From an uncultured Dehalococcoidales bacterium (lineage in GTDB: Bacteria; Chloroflexota; Dehalococcoidia; GIF9; AB-539-J10), in the NCBI GenBank assembly GCA_964586515.1, contig CAZPGJ010000004.1:154539-218538 (forward strand): a DNA stretch of 64,000 nucleotides, given 5' to 3'. The notes below the pieces were generated by a model. That model had not been told where the DNA came from. It saw only the letters and a program-made list of their open reading frames with translations, and did not search any database. This document shows, in pieces, positions 59,458 to 64,000 of the stretch. The stretch's first letter is position 1, and each line of letters begins with the position of its first letter. The position numbers and the translations under genes are program-made.

Positions 59458-60507
59458 TTAGCTGGCCATAGCTTCTATTTCCCTCATCAAAGCTGCTACA
59501 AAATCCTTTTCCTGAAGCACCCTAATCTTCTCGCCTTTTTTGAAAAGAGCACCCTTGCCCTTGCCGCAGGCAATGCCGACGTCGGCATCCTTAGCCTCAC
59601 CGGGGCCATTGACGATGCAGCCCATAACTGCCACTTTAACAGGTTTGCTTAATTTTTCCAGGCGTTTGCTTACTGCCTCAGCCAGAGCAATGATATCAAC
59701 TTCAGCCCGGCCGCAGGAAGGGCAGCTCACTAAGGTGGGACCTCGTTCGCGAAGCCCCAAGCTTTTTAGAATTTCGTAAGCCACGAATACCTCTTCGCAG
59801 GGATGAGCGCTGAGAGAAACGCGTATGGTATCACCAATCCCCCGATAGAGAAGTATGCCGATGCCTATGGCGCTGCGTATGGCTCCCGTCCGGGGTAGCC
59901 CGGCCTCTGTGACGCCCAGATGGAGCGGATAGGGCATTTTATCGGCAATCATTTGATAAGCCTGAATAGTGGTGAGAACATCAAAGGCTTTAAGGGAGAC
60001 CTTGATTAAATCGAAGTCCAGGCTTTCCATAAGCCTTACCTGCTCTAATGCCATGTTGACCATGCGCTCAGCTGGCGGGGCCTTGGGCTGAAAATCGGCC
60101 GGTAAACTGCCGGCATTTACCCCGATACGGATGGGCACCTCTCTTTCTTTAGCAGCAGCTACCACCTTGGCAATTTGCTCTTTGCCTCCTATGTTACCGG
60201 GATTGAGGCGAAGTCCATCAACACCGGCCTGCAGCGCAGCCAAAGCCAGCCGGTAGTCAAAATGTATATCAGCGATAAGAGGTAAGGAAACGCTCCTTTT
60301 TATAGTTGTGAGGCTTCCGGCAGCTTTCTTATCGGGGACTGCTACTCGCACGATTTCACAGCCGCAATCCTCTAGTTTCCTAATCTGGTTTATAGTGGCC
60401 GGAATGTCACGGGTATCGGTCTTGGTCATAGACTGCACCACGATGGGCGCATCGCCGCCAACGATTACGTTGCCAATTCTCAATGGTTTGGAGATTCGAT
60501 GTATCAT
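59458..60507 (-). CDS. ispG: HMBPP synthase
   Basis: VQSMT, ADIHF, RLNPGNIG, CPSCGR, VMGCIVNGPGE. Confidence 0.96.
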   Translation of the reverse strand: MIHRISKPLRIGNVIVGGDAPIVVQSMTKTDTRDIPATINQIRKLEDCGCEIVRVAVPDKKAAGSLTTIKRSVSLPLIADIHFDYRLALAALQAGVDGLRLNPGNIGGKEQIAKVVAAAKEREVPIRIGVNAGSLPADFQPKAPPAERMVNMALEQVRLMESLDFDLIKVSLKAFDVLTTIQAYQMIADKMPYPLHLGVTEAGLPRTGAIRSAIGIGILLYRGIGDTIRVSLSAHPCEEVFVAYEILKSLGLRERGPTLVSCPSCGRAEVDIIALAEAVSKRLEKLSKPVKVAVMGCIVNGPGEAKDADVGIACGKGKGALFKKGEKIRVLQEKDFVAALMREIEAMAS

Positions 60508-61808
60508 ATTCCGAAGCCCTTTGGTAGACGCCAGATATCTACAGATGTTATTAAAACTACGAGTGCAATTAAGAAGGCAGTCCCGATGGTATAGGCCAGG
60601 CGCATTGTTCGAGGCGAAAGACGCTTCCCACGCCTGACCCCTTCGATTAATGCCACCAGCATCCCTCCTCCATCGAGAGGAGGTATGGGGAAGAAATTGA
60701 ATATTGCAAGACCCAGGCTAATCATACTGGCCATAAATAACATGCTGCTGGCACCGGAAGTGCGTACCACTTCCACCGTTAATTGACCGGCGCCTATCGG
60801 TCCAACGAGGGCGTTGCTCGGAGTTTTTATGATTTCAGGGATAGCCTTTACTATGAGCACAGGCATATAAATGATATCCCTAGCCCCCAAATAGACTGCC
60901 TTCCACACAGGAGGTCGCTCTTGTTCGATATGAGCCCCGTCTACCCATCGCAGCTCTACACCCGGCAGGGTTTCGTAGCTGGCATTAGTCAAAGAGGCTG
61001 CAGTCTGGGTCCCGTCTCGCCACAAAACCAGATTTATTGTTCCACCCTCAGGAACGGAACGCAGAGCGCTGGACATGCTCTCGTTATTGTATATGAGTTG
61101 TCCATTGATATAGTGGATGTAATCACCGGCTCTAACGCCAGCCTCATAAGCTGGTGAGCTTTCGTCCACTTGACTTACCATATTCCAGTAAATGTAGACG
61201 CCAACCACTCGCTGCCCTTCTGACGGGTTGAATTCCGGCTTCGCCGCAGTTTGTATTTGTTGCCCGTTCCTGAGCAGAAGCAAGGTTATTTGTGCCCCTT
61301 GTGCGACTGAATTTATTATGTTTTGCATATCTCCTTGTGTATGAACGGGTTGACCATTTACCTCCAGGATTATATCTCCGGGCTCGATGCCCGCTTGTTC
61401 GGCAGAAGAATTATTTACCACTGCTCCGACCATAAGCCCGTTGCCGGCAGGGACACCTACGGGTAGCCCAAGAAAAGCACTGAGCAGAATAAAGGCCAGA
61501 ACGATGTTCATCACCGGACCGGCAGCATAAATTCCTAACCTGGTCCAGGGTCCTTTACCGGCCAGACTTCGGGGTACGGTGGGGTCATTTTCTCCAGCAG
61601 CCTTAACAAAAGCTCCCAGAGGTATGGCATTAACTGAGTATATTGTCTCACCTCGTTTAATACCAAAAAGTCGTGGAGGAATACCTATGCCGAACTCTTC
61701 TACCTTGACTCCGGTACGTTTGGCAGTAATGAAGTGCCCTAATTCGTGAAGACACATTGCCACAAATAGAGCTACTACGAAAAGAATAATGATTACGGCA
61801 ACGCTCAT
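60504..61808 (-). CDS. rseP: M50 intramembrane metalloprotease with two PDZ domains
   Basis: HELGH, NFFPIPPLDGG, two PDZ-like segments. Confidence 0.92.
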   Translation of the reverse strand: MSVAVIIILFVVALFVAMCLHELGHFITAKRTGVKVEEFGIGIPPRLFGIKRGETIYSVNAIPLGAFVKAAGENDPTVPRSLAGKGPWTRLGIYAAGPVMNIVLAFILLSAFLGLPVGVPAGNGLMVGAVVNNSSAEQAGIEPGDIILEVNGQPVHTQGDMQNIINSVAQGAQITLLLLRNGQQIQTAAKPEFNPSEGQRVVGVYIYWNMVSQVDESSPAYEAGVRAGDYIHYINGQLIYNNESMSSALRSVPEGGTINLVLWRDGTQTAASLTNASYETLPGVELRWVDGAHIEQERPPVWKAVYLGARDIIYMPVLIVKAIPEIIKTPSNALVGPIGAGQLTVEVVRTSGASSMLFMASMISLGLAIFNFFPIPPLDGGGMLVALIEGVRRGKRLSPRTMRLAYTIGTAFLIALVVLITSVDIWRLPKGFGI

Positions 61809-61834
61809 CTCTTATCTCTATATCCCGGGTTGCT

Positions 61835-62980
61835 TCATCGCCCAAGCTCCCCGCAGTGACCGGGGGAAAAGCGTGTAGCGCATTCCCTTGCCCAGTTATC
61901 GGCAGCCAGTATTTCCTCCAGGGATGGCTGGCTGATGTTCCGATGTTGCTCCAGTGTTTCTTGCACAATTTTGGCTATATTGGGAAAACTTATTCTATGG
62001 TTGAGAAAGAGCTCTACAGCCACCTCGTCCGCGGCACAAAGCACTGTCGGGTAAGTTCCTCCTAATTTGCCAGCATCCACAGCTAGTTTGAGACAGGGAA
62101 ATCTATCATAGTCTACGGGCTCAAAGTTCAGAGAGTTGATTTTATTCCAGTCAAGGCGGGGTAGTTCTGAATTAGGCCACCGGCGGGGATAGGAAAGAGC
62201 ATATTGAATAGGCAATCTCATATCAGGCCAGCTAAGCTGGGCTTTCAGGGAACCATCCATAAACTCCACCATGGAATGAACGATAGACTGGGGATGAATT
62301 AATATTTCAATACTATCAAAGGGGAAAGAGAAAAGCCAATGAGCTTCGATGACCTCTAATCCTTTATTCATGAGCGTTGCTGAATCTATGGTTACCTTCC
62401 GTCCCATCTTCCATACAGGGTGCTGAAGAGCTTGCTCCGGGGTCACCCTAGCCAATTGTGACTGTGAATAGTCATAAAAAGGTCCTCCAGAGGCAGTGAG
62501 AAAAAGCCTCCGCGGTTTATTTTCTTCCCCCTGCAAGCACTGCCAGATAGCACTATGCTCACTATCAATAGGCAGAATTTGAGCGTGATGGAGGCCGGCT
62601 TCACGAACAATAATTTCACCGGCCATCACCAATACCTCTTTGTCAGCTAGGGCAATCGTCTTGCCTGCCTGTAAAGCCGCTAAAGTAGGGCTCAGTCCTG
62701 CCTTACCTGCAGTGGCCACGATAATGAAATCGGCCTCGGGATGGCTAGCTATTTCTTCTACGGACAGAAATTCCCCGCCATAACTAATGTCAGGCCCCAC
62801 TGAGGAACAAAACATTTTGGGCTGAAATTCACTAATTTGCCTTTCCAGAAGTTTAAAATTTTTGTTCCCTGTCAGAGCTACTACTTTTAATTCGTCAGGC
62901 AAGGCACGGATTACATCTAGAGCCTGCCGCCCTATGGAGCCCGTCGAGCCCAGGATAGCTATTTTTTTCACACCACCCAC
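61835..62980 (-). CDS. dxr: 1-deoxy-D-xylulose-5-phosphate reductoisomerase
   Basis: LGSTGSIG, PIDSEHSA, IDSATLMNKGLE. Confidence 0.96.
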   Translation of the reverse strand: MGGVKKIAILGSTGSIGRQALDVIRALPDELKVVALTGNKNFKLLERQISEFQPKMFCSSVGPDISYGGEFLSVEEIASHPEADFIIVATAGKAGLSPTLAALQAGKTIALADKEVLVMAGEIIVREAGLHHAQILPIDSEHSAIWQCLQGEENKPRRLFLTASGGPFYDYSQSQLARVTPEQALQHPVWKMGRKVTIDSATLMNKGLEVIEAHWLFSFPFDSIEILIHPQSIVHSMVEFMDGSLKAQLSWPDMRLPIQYALSYPRRWPNSELPRLDWNKINSLNFEPVDYDRFPCLKLAVDAGKLGGTYPTVLCAADEVAVELFLNHRISFPNIAKIVQETLEQHRNISQPSLEEILAADNWARECATRFSPGHCGELGR

Positions 62981-63777
62981 ATTACGTAATAGTATACCAC
63001 TGCCCCGACAAAGATGAGGCTATCGAAGCGGTCGAGGATACCGCCGTGTCCCGGTAGCAAATTACCTGATTCTTTCACCTCCATATTGCGCTTGAGCAGA
63101 GATTCAACCAGATCGCCAAGCTGGGCAAAGAGGCCAACGAGAAAGCCCAGGAGTATAATTTGCCAGTATTTAAAAGTGAAAGGAGAAATGAGGTTGAGGA
63201 CCATCGCTACCACAATGGCGGCCGGAATGGCGCTTACTAAGCCCCCTATGGCCCCCTCCCAGGTTTTGGCCGGGCTTATCGTGGGGGCCAGCTTACGTTT
63301 GCCCCACGTCCTGCCAATAAAGAAGGCGCCGGTATCATTGGCAAATGTGGTAAGCATAGCTAGGTAAACCCAGTTTCGACCGTCTGCCAAACTGCGCAAA
63401 TTCAGCCAGTAGCTGAGCATCCAACCCACATAGAGAGCGCCTACTATTGTCCATGCCCAGTTGCGGAATGCCTCTTCTCTCGATGGGCGGAGTAATAGCC
63501 AGATCAAGGAAATCAGCACAGTGGCAGTGATGACTATGGGTAGCACATCGGGGTTCGTGTAATGCGGGCTTAAGACAAGCGCCAGCGCCCATAACAAACC
63601 CAGATAAATCAGAGGCTCTCTTCTGTCAAAATTGGCCATATGGTAGAACTCGTAGGTGCCGGCTAACGCTGCTGCAGCTATGATAAGAGTAAACCAAGGC
63701 CAGGGGTTACCAAACCAGATGGCAAGAATAACGAGAGGCACGCCCACAGCCCCAGTAATAACTCTATACTTGAGCAT
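62968..63777 (-). CDS. cdsA: Phosphatidate cytidylyltransferase
   Basis: NDTGAFF, ISPAKTWEG, GDLVESLLKR, PGHGGILDRFDS. Confidence 0.95.
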   Translation of the reverse strand: MLKYRVITGAVGVPLVILAIWFGNPWPWFTLIIAAAALAGTYEFYHMANFDRREPLIYLGLLWALALVLSPHYTNPDVLPIVITATVLISLIWLLLRPSREEAFRNWAWTIVGALYVGWMLSYWLNLRSLADGRNWVYLAMLTTFANDTGAFFIGRTWGKRKLAPTISPAKTWEGAIGGLVSAIPAAIVVAMVLNLISPFTFKYWQIILLGFLVGLFAQLGDLVESLLKRNMEVKESGNLLPGHGGILDRFDSLIFVGAVVYYYVMWVV

Positions 63778-63863
63778 AGCGCTATTTTAACAGCTTTTAA
63801 CTATATGTTTGCTAGTGTCCAATCTCATGAATGGGTTTCATCAAACCAGCATTGTGTCTGATA

Positions 63864-63890
63864 TGTCACCCTGAGCGACAGCGAATGGTT
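63864..63890. repeat. Degenerate GTCA-type left half
   Basis: TGTCACCCTGAGCGACAGCGAA resembles 35295 onward. Confidence 0.55.
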
Positions 63891-64000
63891 CAGGGGCAAA
63901 GCAACAAGTAGCGAAAGACTGAGAGACAATAATTGAATGTTATCAAACATCTCTAACAATTAGTGCAGATTTTTTGCCGGATATTGATGCTGCGAATTAA

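Noticed and set aside
118-63592. Numerous antisense and nested ORFs in the track
   Set aside because: They lie opposite or within well-supported genes and show no motifs or RBS.

Overview
Bacterial chromosome segment, most likely Chloroflexota (Dehalococcoidia); the taxon is inferred from gene repertoire, not from a database match. The first ~35 kb is a surface-glycan region. It starts with a 5'-truncated archaeal-type oligosaccharyltransferase (AglB/STT3), followed by dTDP-rhamnose (rmlA, four-helix-bundle gene, rmlCBD) and GDP-manno-heptose (hddA-gmhA-galE-hddC-gmhB) pathways. A convergent wzm-wzt operon carries large glycosyltransferase/methyltransferase fusions, and glmM-glmU-glmS close the region, which is interrupted by two toxin-antitoxin islets and several gene remnants. 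The remaining ~29 kb is housekeeping (rdgB, FBP aldolase/phosphatase, meaB, rtcB-archease, rib operon, tRNA-Val, thrS-infC-rpmI-rplT-pheS-pheT, proS, ispG-rseP-dxr-cdsA). Most notable observations: (1) a ~45-aa NEGW module repeated six times, always as the tail of one glycan gene facing the head of the next, suggesting docking domains or recombination cassettes; (2) half-units of the intergenic GTCA..TGAC palindromic repeat embedded in frame in PheT (twice), ProS, a SagB-type nitroreductase and the Dxr C-terminus; (3) insertions bracketed by duplicated ends of protein-coding genes (rmlD 3', glmS 3', wzt 5') with no integrase in the window; (4) a four-helix-bundle gene with heptamer inverted flanks plus an apparently empty site; (5) a possible solitary integron-type cassette between pheT and proS.
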